A stretch of 35,032 nt of DNA, taken from Aciduliprofundum sp. (GTDB lineage: Archaea; Thermoplasmatota; Thermoplasmata; Thermoplasmatales; ARK-15). The notes beneath the pieces were generated by a model, which was not told where the DNA came from, did not search any database, and saw nothing but the letters and a program-made list of their open reading frames with translations. Made by a program: the position numbers and the translations under genes. Shown in pieces: positions 1-8,816 of this stretch; position 1 is the first letter of the stretch; every line of letters starts with the position of its first letter. The stretch spans positions 1 through 35,032 of the forward strand of contig PNIT01000176.1 in the NCBI GenBank assembly GCA_002878135.1, read 5' to 3'.

Positions 1-786
1 TGCATAATCATCAGTATCTATATTTCTCACCAGCCTAAGGAAAAGGTAATTATAGCTTACACTATTGTTATATTTTCTGAGTATCTTCATTGCATCAACT
101 ATTTTGAAATGCTTTTCCAGGCTTTTTTCAATAAAAACCTCATGTATGAGTGGTGAGAAATTGCTTGTACCGCAAACACCCCCAGATGCACCCATGAGAA
201 CTGAGGGTAGGAGTAAATCATCCCTCCCCTGGAATACGTATACCTTTCCTGGTAGATCCGTGAAATAAAGGTTGAATTTTCTCATGTCACCCGAACTATC
301 CTTTACACCAACTATGTTTGGATATTCCACCATCAGCCTCGAAATTGTTGATGCATCAATATAATTCCCTGAAAGCTCTGGATTGTTGTATATGAATATA
401 TCCATGTCTAAATTTTCAGCAATGATCGAATAATAGTTGTAGAGATCTTCCTGCCCGAATTTCAGATAGTATGGAGTTATGACAACCGCACCATCATAGC
501 CCAGGTCCACAGCCTTCCTTCCAAGTTCAACAGTTTCATCAATGTTGTTCCTGCTTATGCCAGCAAGTTTTATAACGTTCTTCTTCAGGTTTTTTGCCAC
601 GTATTCAAGTATCTTCTCATGGTCCTTCATTGAGAATAGTGTAAAGGCACCTGTAGATGATCCTGGAAAAACACCCTCAATGCCATTTTCAACCAGGAAA
701 TCCAGCAAAAATCCAAGTGATTCATAATCAACATTATTCTTCCTCACCGGTGTTATTAGTGGAGTTATTATGCCTCCATAATTCAT
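1..786 (-). CDS. DapA/NanA-family class I aldolase (dihydrodipicolinate synthase-like), 3' end runs off the window edge
   Basis: Absent from the ORF track; translated by hand from ATG at 786: MNYGGIITPLITP...GVFPGSSTG...VITPYY...IFIYNNPELSG...IVGVKDSSGD...FQGRDD...GASGGVCGTSN. Has the Schiff-base Lys (KDSSGD) and the YNxP Tyr. No stop codon before position 1. Confidence 0.9.
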   Translation of the reverse strand, partial: MNYGGIITPLITPVRKNNVDYESLGFLLDFLVENGIEGVFPGSSTGAFTLFSMKDHEKILEYVAKNLKKNVIKLAGISRNNIDETVELGRKAVDLGYDGAVVITPYYLKFGQEDLYNYYSIIAENLDMDIFIYNNPELSGNYIDASTISRLMVEYPNIVGVKDSSGDMRKFNLYFTDLPGKVYVFQGRDDLLLPSVLMGASGGVCGTSNFSPLIHEVFIEKSLEKHFKIVDAMKILRKYNNSVSYNYLFLRLVRNIDTDDYA

Positions 787-791
787 GGAGA

Positions 792-1517
792 TCAGACCTC
801 CTGCAGGATAGATCTCTCAACAGGTTCTACATTGCCGGAAATAACCCTGTGCTCAAGGTCTATGAGGCCAAGGTAGTATGCGATGGTGGATGAAACAACT
901 GCCCTGTTATCTCCTTCAAGGTATTTGAACAGTGTGAGATATTTTTCCCTTGTGCTGAATTCTGAATAATAATATCCCCTGAGGGAGGATCTACTGTTAA
1001 CAAGGAACATCAGGTTGAGAGTCTCGTTTGCCCCCAGGTCGTGAACAGTATCTATCATCTTTCTAATTCTTGTGTATGAATCACCATCCATAATGGATAG
1101 AATGAATGCAAGCACCTCAGTATCAGTCTTATTCCTGAACTCAATGTTGAACTCCTTACCGAGTATCTCCTTCTTCACATGGCCATTGTGCGCTATGTAT
1201 ATTGTCTCCTCACCCTGAACCCTGTAGGGGTGTGAATCGTTTGCACCATTTATGGGCTCCCCTGTTGAAGCAAGCCTTGCATGGAACATGGCATAGGATC
1301 TTTCTGGAAAGATGTTCAATGGCATAATATACTCATATATTGGAATTGAACTCCTCCAGTAAATCTCCTCATTCTCGGAGAGTATTGCAATACCCCAGCC
1401 ACTGTTGTGGGATCTGTTTTCAAGGAAAACATCCCTTTCAGATGCAAAGAGAAGTGATCTGTAAAGCCTGGCATTGAAATTCCTATCGCCTGAGGAAATA
1501 AACATTCTGCAGTCCAT
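792..1517 (-). CDS. class II (Ntn-fold) glutamine amidotransferase, YafJ/EgtC-like
   Basis: N-terminal CRM, HNSGWG, FHARLAS, DSHPY, AHNG and TDTE motifs typical of the GATase_4 family. Confidence 0.85.
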   Translation of the reverse strand: MDCRMFISSGDRNFNARLYRSLLFASERDVFLENRSHNSGWGIAILSENEEIYWRSSIPIYEYIMPLNIFPERSYAMFHARLASTGEPINGANDSHPYRVQGEETIYIAHNGHVKKEILGKEFNIEFRNKTDTEVLAFILSIMDGDSYTRIRKMIDTVHDLGANETLNLMFLVNSRSSLRGYYYSEFSTREKYLTLFKYLEGDNRAVVSSTIAYYLGLIDLEHRVISGNVEPVERSILQEV

Positions 1518-1539
1518 AGGGAAAGTATATCATTTTTAA

Positions 1540-2517
1540 TTATTTCATCTTTGGCTTTACCTTCTTAAGGTATTCCCTTATCTCATTCCTCATTGATCTT
1601 ATCTGGTTTTCAAGTGACTTTGCCTCTTTCTTTAGGTCATCAACATTCTTTTCATAGAGTAGTTTGTCTTCAATTAGATCATCCATCTCCTTCATGTATT
1701 TCTGCAATTTTAATCCCCTCCTTTCCAAATCCTCCTCAAGATTTTTTATGAACGAAACTGAGAGACCAAGGTCCATAAGACCTTCGAGATAATCCACAAG
1801 CCTGATGAACTGCTCAACACCAAGACCCCTTTCATTCATGGTCCTTATTGCCCTTGAAATCTCCATGAGGTCCTTCTTGCTGTAATTGAGTTTCTTTGCA
1901 TCGAGGATGAAATCCTTTATGTCCTCGTGACCCATATCAAGATGTCTTTCCATGAAAAGAAGTATTTCTAGGTATTCTTTTCTTCTATTTATTTCCCTTT
2001 CCAATTCAAGGACCCTCTCTTCAAGTTCCCTTTCTTTGGACTCAAGCTCTGATATCCTTCTTTCGCTGGAATCAATATTTTCCTTCAATTCCCCAGCTCT
2101 TAAAACCATCCTATCAAGTGCCTGCGGTATCTCGGAATAGTCTATTCCAGAATATCTGTTCAATTTCATCATTCTCAGTGAATTCTCTATTAGAGATTTT
2201 CTCCTATCTTCTTCCATATTCTTCAGTGAGATTATGAACCTCATTACCTCCTCCTTATCCATATCCCTGAATATCTCGTAATAATAGTATCCTTGGACTA
2301 TGTCCTCAGGTTTAAGATCCTTCTCAAGCATCAAAGATGCAATCTGCCTGATGTAATAATCATCATCGTAGAGCTTGAAATAACCGTTTATCCATTCATT
2401 CAATATCCTCTTAATCTCTTCAATTTCAATGTTGTATTCCCTTGATAAATCGCTTAAATTTTTCCCCTTCAGGTAGGATCTAATCAATTCTCCTTTTATC
2501 TTTAATGGAATTTCCAT
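1540..2517 (-). CDS. hypothetical protein with N-terminal HTH and two coiled-coil segments
   Basis: 325 aa ORF. N-terminus KGELIRSYLKGKNLSDLSREYNI...IKRIL is HTH-like; E/K/R-rich heptads at about aa 135-185 and 280-320. Confidence 0.7.
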   Translation of the reverse strand: MEIPLKIKGELIRSYLKGKNLSDLSREYNIEIEEIKRILNEWINGYFKLYDDDYYIRQIASLMLEKDLKPEDIVQGYYYYEIFRDMDKEEVMRFIISLKNMEEDRRKSLIENSLRMMKLNRYSGIDYSEIPQALDRMVLRAGELKENIDSSERRISELESKERELEERVLELEREINRRKEYLEILLFMERHLDMGHEDIKDFILDAKKLNYSKKDLMEISRAIRTMNERGLGVEQFIRLVDYLEGLMDLGLSVSFIKNLEEDLERRGLKLQKYMKEMDDLIEDKLLYEKNVDDLKKEAKSLENQIRSMRNEIREYLKKVKPKMK

Positions 2518-2664
2518 AGGGATGAAAATAGGGAAATATATATTAAATTATCCAGAAATCTTACTTTTAATTTAAAAAATTTTTAAAGGTAATCTATTTC
2601 CTGCACAAACCTTTAAAAATAAATTAATATACATAAATTCTTTTATCCTATTGAGTGATCTTAG

Positions 2665-3807
2665 ATGAGAGTAATTGTTGTTGGTGGCGGAGCAGGAGGA
2701 ACAATCGTTGCAAACAGGCTTTCAAGATTGCTTTCAGATAACGTTGACAGGGGTGAGCTGGAGATCGTTGTTCTTGACAAGAGTGAATATCACTATTATC
2801 AGCCAGGATATCTATTTGTAGCCCTGGGGGAGGAAGAACCTGAACATTTCATAAGAAAGGAGAGGGAACTCCTTGATGAAAATATTAAATTCTTCCATGG
2901 TGACCAGGGTGAAGTTGTGAAGATTATGGCTGCAGAGAATAAACTCCAGACAAAGGATGGAAGGATATGGGATTATGATTATATTGTACTTGCACTGGGA
3001 TCCATTCCGTACCTAGATGCAATACCTGGTCTGAAGGAGGGATCATACAGTTTCTATACAATGGAGGATGCAATCAAGCTGAGGGATGCCATCAATGATT
3101 TCAGGTCGGGGAAGGTTGTGGTGGGTGTTTCTTCATTACCATATAAATGCCCCGTTGCACAGTACGAGATACTCTTTGCACTCCATGATCTTTTTATAAA
3201 GGAAAAGAAGGATGCAAAGTTTGAGTATTTCTTCCCACTAAAGGGTACACATCAGCACCCTGCAGTAAGTCCTGTGGGTGAGAGATGGATGGTGGAGAAG
3301 GGTATAAAGATAATATCACCATTCAATGTTACCAGGGTGGATCCGGATAAGAAGGTAATATACTCAAAGGAAAATATTGAGATAAAATACGATATGCTGA
3401 TTGTTATTCCACCTCACATCTCACCAAGGGTGGTGAGGGATTCGGGCCTAGCTGATATGTGGGTTCCCACGGATCCATACACGCTTAAGTCTTTAAAATA
3501 TGACAATATGTATCTTCTGGGGGATATTACGGACATACATGGTGTACCCAAGGCAGGTTCTGTGGCAGAATACCAGGCTTCAGTTGTGGCCAAGAACATT
3601 GCATCCAGGATAAAGAAATCCGGTACAGTTTACAAATATGATGGAAGCGCATTCTGTTTCATAATGCACAGCATGGATGAGGCAGGTTATCTCTACATGG
3701 CATACACAAAACCACCCGTAATATCACTTCCATCAAAGTATGCAAAATGGATGAAGATGCTATACAATGAACTTTATTGGGGAATGTCTGCAAAGGCGGA
3801 GATATGA
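2665..3807 (+). CDS. sqr: sulfide:quinone oxidoreductase / FCSD-family FAD-dependent oxidoreductase (type III-like)
   Basis: GGGAGG FAD-binding motif, HYYQPG, YKCPVA (first Cys), LGD, PKAGS, YDGSAFCFI (second Cys), C-terminal amphipathic helix. Confidence 0.8.
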   Translation: MRVIVVGGGAGGTIVANRLSRLLSDNVDRGELEIVVLDKSEYHYYQPGYLFVALGEEEPEHFIRKERELLDENIKFFHGDQGEVVKIMAAENKLQTKDGRIWDYDYIVLALGSIPYLDAIPGLKEGSYSFYTMEDAIKLRDAINDFRSGKVVVGVSSLPYKCPVAQYEILFALHDLFIKEKKDAKFEYFFPLKGTHQHPAVSPVGERWMVEKGIKIISPFNVTRVDPDKKVIYSKENIEIKYDMLIVIPPHISPRVVRDSGLADMWVPTDPYTLKSLKYDNMYLLGDITDIHGVPKAGSVAEYQASVVAKNIASRIKKSGTVYKYDGSAFCFIMHSMDEAGYLYMAYTKPPVISLPSKYAKWMKMLYNELYWGMSAKAEI

Positions 3808-3818
3808 GGTGATGAAAT

Positions 3819-4658
3819 ATGGTAAAGAAAACGGATGTAGCAAACAAAAATACGCACTCACTGCTTGAATTGATGGATCTTGTTAAGAGGGACGAACTTG
3901 TAAGGGTAATAAACAAGGTAATAGAGCTCCAGAAGGATGGCACAATAGATAAACTCCTCGCCGTTCTTGAGATACTTTCAAAGGATAAGACAGTTGAAAG
4001 GCTTTACTTCAAGGTTCAGGATCTATCAGAGAAGGGAACATTATCAAAGATGCTGGAGGGTAATCTACTGGACAGGCAGCTTGATGCACTCCTCAAGCTC
4101 TTACAGGATGGATCCCTGCTTAAGCTGATAGACATAGTGCTTGATCTCCAGAAGAAGGGTATACTGGATCAGCTTGTTGATCTACTTTCAAAATCCACAG
4201 TTCTACTGGATAGGCTCATGGAACTCCAGAAACAGGGATATATCGATATAAATTCAATATCCAGGTTGCTTGAGAAACTCCTTGTGATGATGAAGGAGGG
4301 AACGTTTGAAAAGCTACTCTCATTGCTGTCACCTCAGCTCATAGAGCTGGCATCCGCTCTTGTTGATTTGCTTAACTCTGAGGAATACAAGGAATATGTT
4401 CTAGAGCTCGGTTCCAAACTCTTCATACTTGTGGATAAGATAATTGAGCTTGACAGGAGGGGAATGCTGGATATTTCAAAGATATCCTCCCTTGTTGAGA
4501 AGTTTGTATATATGCTCAACAATGGAACATTCGACAAGCTCATAGATCTATTGACAATGCTATCTGCTCTTCTGGATGCGCTCAATGATGAGATGGTTAA
4601 GAGCATCGCACAGAAGGCAAACAAGGCCCTTGAGATGCTTGAGCCAGGAAAATTATAA
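3819..4658 (+). CDS. repetitive all-helical Leu-rich protein, DUF1641-like partner of SQR
   Basis: GAGGTGA RBS, 11 bp after the sqr stop. Eight LxxxG(T/I)(L/F)DxL-type motifs and a C-terminal DALNDEMV resembling proteins encoded downstream of type III SQRs. Confidence 0.6.
   Translation: MVKKTDVANKNTHSLLELMDLVKRDELVRVINKVIELQKDGTIDKLLAVLEILSKDKTVERLYFKVQDLSEKGTLSKMLEGNLLDRQLDALLKLLQDGSLLKLIDIVLDLQKKGILDQLVDLLSKSTVLLDRLMELQKQGYIDINSISRLLEKLLVMMKEGTFEKLLSLLSPQLIELASALVDLLNSEEYKEYVLELGSKLFILVDKIIELDRRGMLDISKISSLVEKFVYMLNNGTFDKLIDLLTMLSALLDALNDEMVKSIAQKANKALEMLEPGKL
4188..4553 (+). repeat. intragenic 47-codon duplication (4188-4328 and 4413-4553)
   Basis: SKSTVLLDRLMELQKQGYIDINSISRLLEKLLVMMKEGTFEKLLSLL aligns without gaps to SKLFILVDKIIELDRRGMLDISKISSLVEKFVYMLNNGTFDKLIDLL, offset 75 aa. 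Confidence 0.85.
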
Positions 4659-4666
4659 AAAATTTT

Positions 4667-5857
4667 TTATGTTTTTTCTTCTGCAGCGTAGAGTTCAAGC
4701 AACCTTTCAGGCTTTGTGAGGTCGAAGTAGAGATCGAATATATTGTCTATCTGTGACTGCAGTGTCATCCAGTATATCCTTGCCATCATCATCTTCATTA
4801 GATGCTTGAGCCTATCGGGTGGATATGGTACAACAGGATGCTCGTAATCTGCGATAACGAATGTTCCAAGACCATAACCTAGGTCAAAGGGGCAGTTTAT
4901 CCTTCCATTGAATTTAGAATCCAGCCCATGGAATAGATCCGCCACCACCTTTGCCTCAAGGTGTGCAGTAACACCTGTCTTGGATGTTGGCAGATTGTTT
5001 GTATCCCCCAGGGCAAATGCATCATCGAAGCCATTCACCCTCATGATGTACTTGTCCACCTTGACAAAACGGTCATCATCTATCACATTCTCCGGCTCAT
5101 ACTTGATCCTCACACCCCTGCAGGGTGGAACAATGGCAGGGAAATCGTATTTGATCTCCTCCCCCTCCATGGATATTATCTTTCTGTTAACTGGATCCAC
5201 GCTATCAACATTGAAGAATGGTACTACCTCTATACCCCTTTCCTTAACAATGGGCTCCACTATCCTGTTCATGGGCTCTGCAGGATATGCCCTTGGGAAT
5301 GGTGTAAGGAATATGAACCTGGTCTTGTTCTTCAGTCCCTTTTTATTTATGTACTCTTCGGCCATTAAAATACCCTCAAGCATGGATGGCGGGCATTTGC
5401 ATATTGTGCTTGATTGTGCGAGGACGAATGTTCCACCGTTGAAATCCTTGAACTTATTCCATAGCTTCCTTGCATTATCAAGTGTGCTGTGATAATCACC
5501 ATATTCATTATGAACAGTTTCAAGACCGGGTATTGTGGATACATCTGGTGTGGTTCCGGTACATATGGTGATGAAATCATAGTCATACTTCCTTTCAGAT
5601 ATTGTCTTCACATACCTGTCATTCAGGTTTATCTCCACCACCTCATCCTTGTAGAATTTAACGCCTGGTTTTATCAGGTCACTTATTCTCCTGTATATCT
5701 TCCTGTTTGATCCCTTGAATGCCACGTAAAGGTACCAGGGCTGATAGTAATGGTATTCGCTCTTATCAATTATTGTAATTTCATAATCTTTCAGGTTCAG
5801 GGAATTTGCTAGTATGATACCGCATCCACCACCGCCTATTATAAGTACCTTCTTCAT
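4667..5857 (-). CDS. sqr: second sulfide:quinone oxidoreductase-family flavoprotein
   Basis: Start moved to ATG 5857 (MKKVLIIGGGGCG, GGTGAT RBS upstream). HYYQPW, CKCPPS, LGD, SKTG, FNGRINCPF. Confidence 0.78.
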   Translation of the reverse strand: MKKVLIIGGGGCGIILANSLNLKDYEITIIDKSEYHYYQPWYLYVAFKGSNRKIYRRISDLIKPGVKFYKDEVVEINLNDRYVKTISERKYDYDFITICTGTTPDVSTIPGLETVHNEYGDYHSTLDNARKLWNKFKDFNGGTFVLAQSSTICKCPPSMLEGILMAEEYINKKGLKNKTRFIFLTPFPRAYPAEPMNRIVEPIVKERGIEVVPFFNVDSVDPVNRKIISMEGEEIKYDFPAIVPPCRGVRIKYEPENVIDDDRFVKVDKYIMRVNGFDDAFALGDTNNLPTSKTGVTAHLEAKVVADLFHGLDSKFNGRINCPFDLGYGLGTFVIADYEHPVVPYPPDRLKHLMKMMMARIYWMTLQSQIDNIFDLYFDLTKPERLLELYAAEEKT

Positions 5858-5971
5858 CTTATCACCGAATATCGTAATCAAATTTCTCTATAAAATATTT
5901 TCCAATTCCTAAATTTTTAAAAAAATTTCCTTAAAAATTTATCGAAATTAATCATTAAAATAACGAAAAAT

Positions 5972-6751
5972 TCAAACACCTGCCTCCTCCAGTACCCTTC
6001 TGCACTTTTTTGAATCAACCCTTTCAATATCATTTACTGAGGCCTTCAGTACCTCCTTTGCCTTGTACTCATTTTCCTTCATTATTTTAATTACCTCCTC
6101 CGCAGTTACAGGTTTTTCTGCCCATACATCGTAGTCCGTAATGGTGGCAAGGGTGCTGTAGCACAGTCCAAGTTCCCTTGCAAGGTTTATCTCGGGAACA
6201 AGTGTCATCCCTATGATATCGGCAAAGTTCCTGAAAATCCTCGATTCTGCCCTTGTTGAGAACCTTGGTCCCTCTATGCAGATGTATGTTACATTCTCAT
6301 GCACCCTGTAACCCAGGTTCTTTGCATTCCTTGCCATTATTCCGTTCATATCCTCACAGAATGGGTCAGCCATGGATACATGAACCACCTTGGGACCATC
6401 GTAGAATGTGTATTCCCTTCTCTTAGTGAAATCTATGAACTGTGAAACTATGGCAAGATCCCCCGGCCTTAGATTCTCCTTCAAAGATCCAACAGCGCTT
6501 ATTCCTATGATCTTCTCTATACCTATCTCCTTCAGGGCAAAGATGTTTGCCCTGTAGTTAATTTTATGCGGAGGTATCCTGTGCCCCTTATCGTGCCTGG
6601 GAAGGAATGCCACAGTAACACCAGATATGGTACCTATGCTTATGTAGTCCGAGGGTGAACCGTACGGTGTGTGCAAGATCATCTTTTCCTTCTCTTCGAA
6701 AATATCGCCTATACCGCTCCCACCTATTATTGCTACCTTTGCCTTCTCCAT
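5972..6751 (-). CDS. mtnP: S-methyl-5'-thioadenosine phosphorylase
   Basis: [44 protein letters not shown] motifs. Confidence 0.93.
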   Translation of the reverse strand: MEKAKVAIIGGSGIGDIFEEKEKMILHTPYGSPSDYISIGTISGVTVAFLPRHDKGHRIPPHKINYRANIFALKEIGIEKIIGISAVGSLKENLRPGDLAIVSQFIDFTKRREYTFYDGPKVVHVSMADPFCEDMNGIMARNAKNLGYRVHENVTYICIEGPRFSTRAESRIFRNFADIIGMTLVPEINLARELGLCYSTLATITDYDVWAEKPVTAEEVIKIMKENEYKAKEVLKASVNDIERVDSKKCRRVLEEAGV

Positions 6752-6775
6752 AAATTTGCATGGGGAATTGGTATT

Positions 6776-7945
6776 TTAAGATTTTTTGGGTATGTAGAAC
6801 ATCATCAGGGAGCCTGCTATTGATATCACACCTATGATTATGAATGCAAGGTAGATGTTCAACGTCTGTGCAAAAACGCCTATGGCAATGGATCCAAGGG
6901 CACCTCCAATGCCACCCCCCAGACCGAATATGACGGCAGAATTCTCAGCCAGTTCCTCATCACTGGATAGCTCACCCACAAAGACCATGAGGAGTGGGAA
7001 ATTGGACATACCGAAGAAGTATGTAACTATGAATATGATTGATACGGTGTAGACATTGGAAACAAACATAAGGAGTATGAGCAGTATGCCAGGTATGAGT
7101 GATGTAACTATCAGCATTGTTTTTCCTCCATACCTGTCCGAGAGATATCCAAGGAATGGCTGCCCTACAATAGCAGTTGAATTCGCGATGAAAAGTATTA
7201 TGGCTATCAGGAAAGATGAGTAGTGCAGCGTGCTGTTCAGGAATGCTGGTAAAAGGTTGAAACCTCCCTGTATGGCTGTGTTTCTCAGGATTGTTGCAAC
7301 AAGGAAGAATGCTATTGGCAATGAAAACCTGAACACACCCCTCTTTATCTTCTTTTCAACGTATATCTCCTCCTTCCTCATATCATAGGCCACATAAAGT
7401 GATATTGCACCCATTATGAATGAGATTGATATTATTGAAAACACAAAATTTTTGTTGAATGCTGCAAGGAAACCCTCCATGATGACAGGGAAGAGTGCCC
7501 TCCCAAGGCTTCCGCCTATACCATTTATGCCAAGTACTGTCCCTGCATAATCCCTGTATCTGTAGTTGAGAATCATGGATCCTATGGGATGGTAGATTGT
7601 CGAAAATATGCTAATTATGAACATTGAAAACATGAATGATGGTATCGCGATGTACTGTGGATAAGGAGGTACAAGGAGAAGGAATGATAGGCTGAAGAGG
7701 AACATACCTATACCCATGAAAAGGCCCTTTTTCCTCGTACTGTCTATGTACCTGCCCATATATGGTGAAACAATGGCACTTCCTATGTAATAGCTCATGA
7801 GTATCATGGATTCTGCAAAGAATGAAAGATTGTAATTCTCCTTTATCATTATTATGAGGAAGAATGGAAGATAGGACAGGCCATCGTTTATGAAATGTGC
7901 AATGGTTGTATCGATCAAAATTCTATCAATCTTTATCCTTGTCAT
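6776..7945 (-). CDS. MFS transporter (FSR-like)
   Basis: About 12 hydrophobic segments; AHFIND, GRYIDS and GYLSDRYG (motif A copies), YHP. Confidence 0.9.
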   Translation of the reverse strand: MTRIKIDRILIDTTIAHFINDGLSYLPFFLIIMIKENYNLSFFAESMILMSYYIGSAIVSPYMGRYIDSTRKKGLFMGIGMFLFSLSFLLLVPPYPQYIAIPSFMFSMFIISIFSTIYHPIGSMILNYRYRDYAGTVLGINGIGGSLGRALFPVIMEGFLAAFNKNFVFSIISISFIMGAISLYVAYDMRKEEIYVEKKIKRGVFRFSLPIAFFLVATILRNTAIQGGFNLLPAFLNSTLHYSSFLIAIILFIANSTAIVGQPFLGYLSDRYGGKTMLIVTSLIPGILLILLMFVSNVYTVSIIFIVTYFFGMSNFPLLMVFVGELSSDEELAENSAVIFGLGGGIGGALGSIAIGVFAQTLNIYLAFIIIGVISIAGSLMMFYIPKKS

Positions 7946-7985
7946 TTAAAACAAAAAGTGAAAGCAATCCTGTAATTAAAACTTT

Positions 7986-8816
7986 TCAGAAGATGGTCTT
8001 CTTTTTTACACCCTGTGGAAGTATCCTGGATGCAACCTGAAAATTCCTTCCATCCCTTGAAATGAAATCCATGAGAACATAGCCCCTAGCAAAGTAATGC
8101 TGGTAAACATCAGATGTCATGATCCTCCAGTTTATTGCATCCTCAAGGTTCTTCTTCTTAATGGTATTTATATCCCTTGGTATCTCAATCAGGATATAAT
8201 CATCTGAGAGTGTGAGATCGATGTCCTTAGGTATCCTGTAATCACCCTTCTCCTCCGTTATTATTGCCTGGGGTAATTCACCGTAGCTATTATATTCCCT
8301 GTTCAGCCTTGATTTCACATGCCCGGAAAGAACGTACCACTCAGCCACCACCCTGTCCGATGGTATGCCAAAGTTCAGTGAATCCATCATGGTTCCGTAG
8401 TGGTTCTTCCTGTATGTCCTGGCTATGGCACCCAGCTTGTGGAGGTTGAAGTTTGAATTAAGACCCTGCAGCGGATCGAATGTCCAGGCAACAAGATCAA
8501 AACCCTTCTCCATGGCCCATTCCCTCTGCCTCAGCTTCAGGGAATAGCCAAGCTCAGTCTTCCTGAATTCGGGTATAACACCCGTCATATGTGAATAGAG
8601 GAAGAGGTTCCTATTCCTCTGGGCCAGCAGGGAGAAGGATATGCCCACCACCTGATCACCCTCGTATGCTAGAAGTACCAGGCCACCCGTGAATTTTATG
8701 GCTGTGAGGAGATCCTTCATTATTGTGCTCATATCCGTAACTCCCCATGCCTGTTTTATTACCTCAACACCCTTCCTTATCTCATCGGGGTTTTCAGCTA
8801 TCTCAATCCTTGGCAT
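7986..8816 (-). CDS. GNAT-family acyltransferase, probable D-amino acid N-succinyltransferase
   Basis: GGLVLLAY, LYSHMTGV, LKLRQREWA, WTFDPL, NLHKLGA, YG...N.G.PSDR..AEW motifs of the GNAT subfamily found next to NSAR genes. ATG at 8816 follows GGAGG and overlaps the M20 stop. Confidence 0.82.
   Translation of the reverse strand: MPRIEIAENPDEIRKGVEVIKQAWGVTDMSTIMKDLLTAIKFTGGLVLLAYEGDQVVGISFSLLAQRNRNLFLYSHMTGVIPEFRKTELGYSLKLRQREWAMEKGFDLVAWTFDPLQGLNSNFNLHKLGAIARTYRKNHYGTMMDSLNFGIPSDRVVAEWYVLSGHVKSRLNREYNSYGELPQAIITEEKGDYRIPKDIDLTLSDDYILIEIPRDINTIKKKNLEDAINWRIMTSDVYQHYFARGYVLMDFISRDGRNFQVASRILPQGVKKKTIF

Noticed and set aside
65-893. Plus-strand ORFs 65-268, 542-727 and 657-893
   Set aside because: Antisense shadows of the DapA-like and amidotransferase genes; no motifs.
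1540-2517. SMC/Rad50 or transposase call for the coiled-coil protein
   Set aside because: No Walker motifs, zinc hook or DDE catalytic region; too short.
4908-5710. 194 aa and 135 aa plus-strand ORFs and smaller ones inside sqr2
   Set aside because: Antisense or off-frame to a well-supported gene; Ser/Phe/Ile-rich composition typical of shadow frames.
5858-5881. TTG-started extension of sqr2
   Set aside because: The Rossmann motif begins at MKKVLIIGGG and a GGTGAT RBS precedes ATG 5857.
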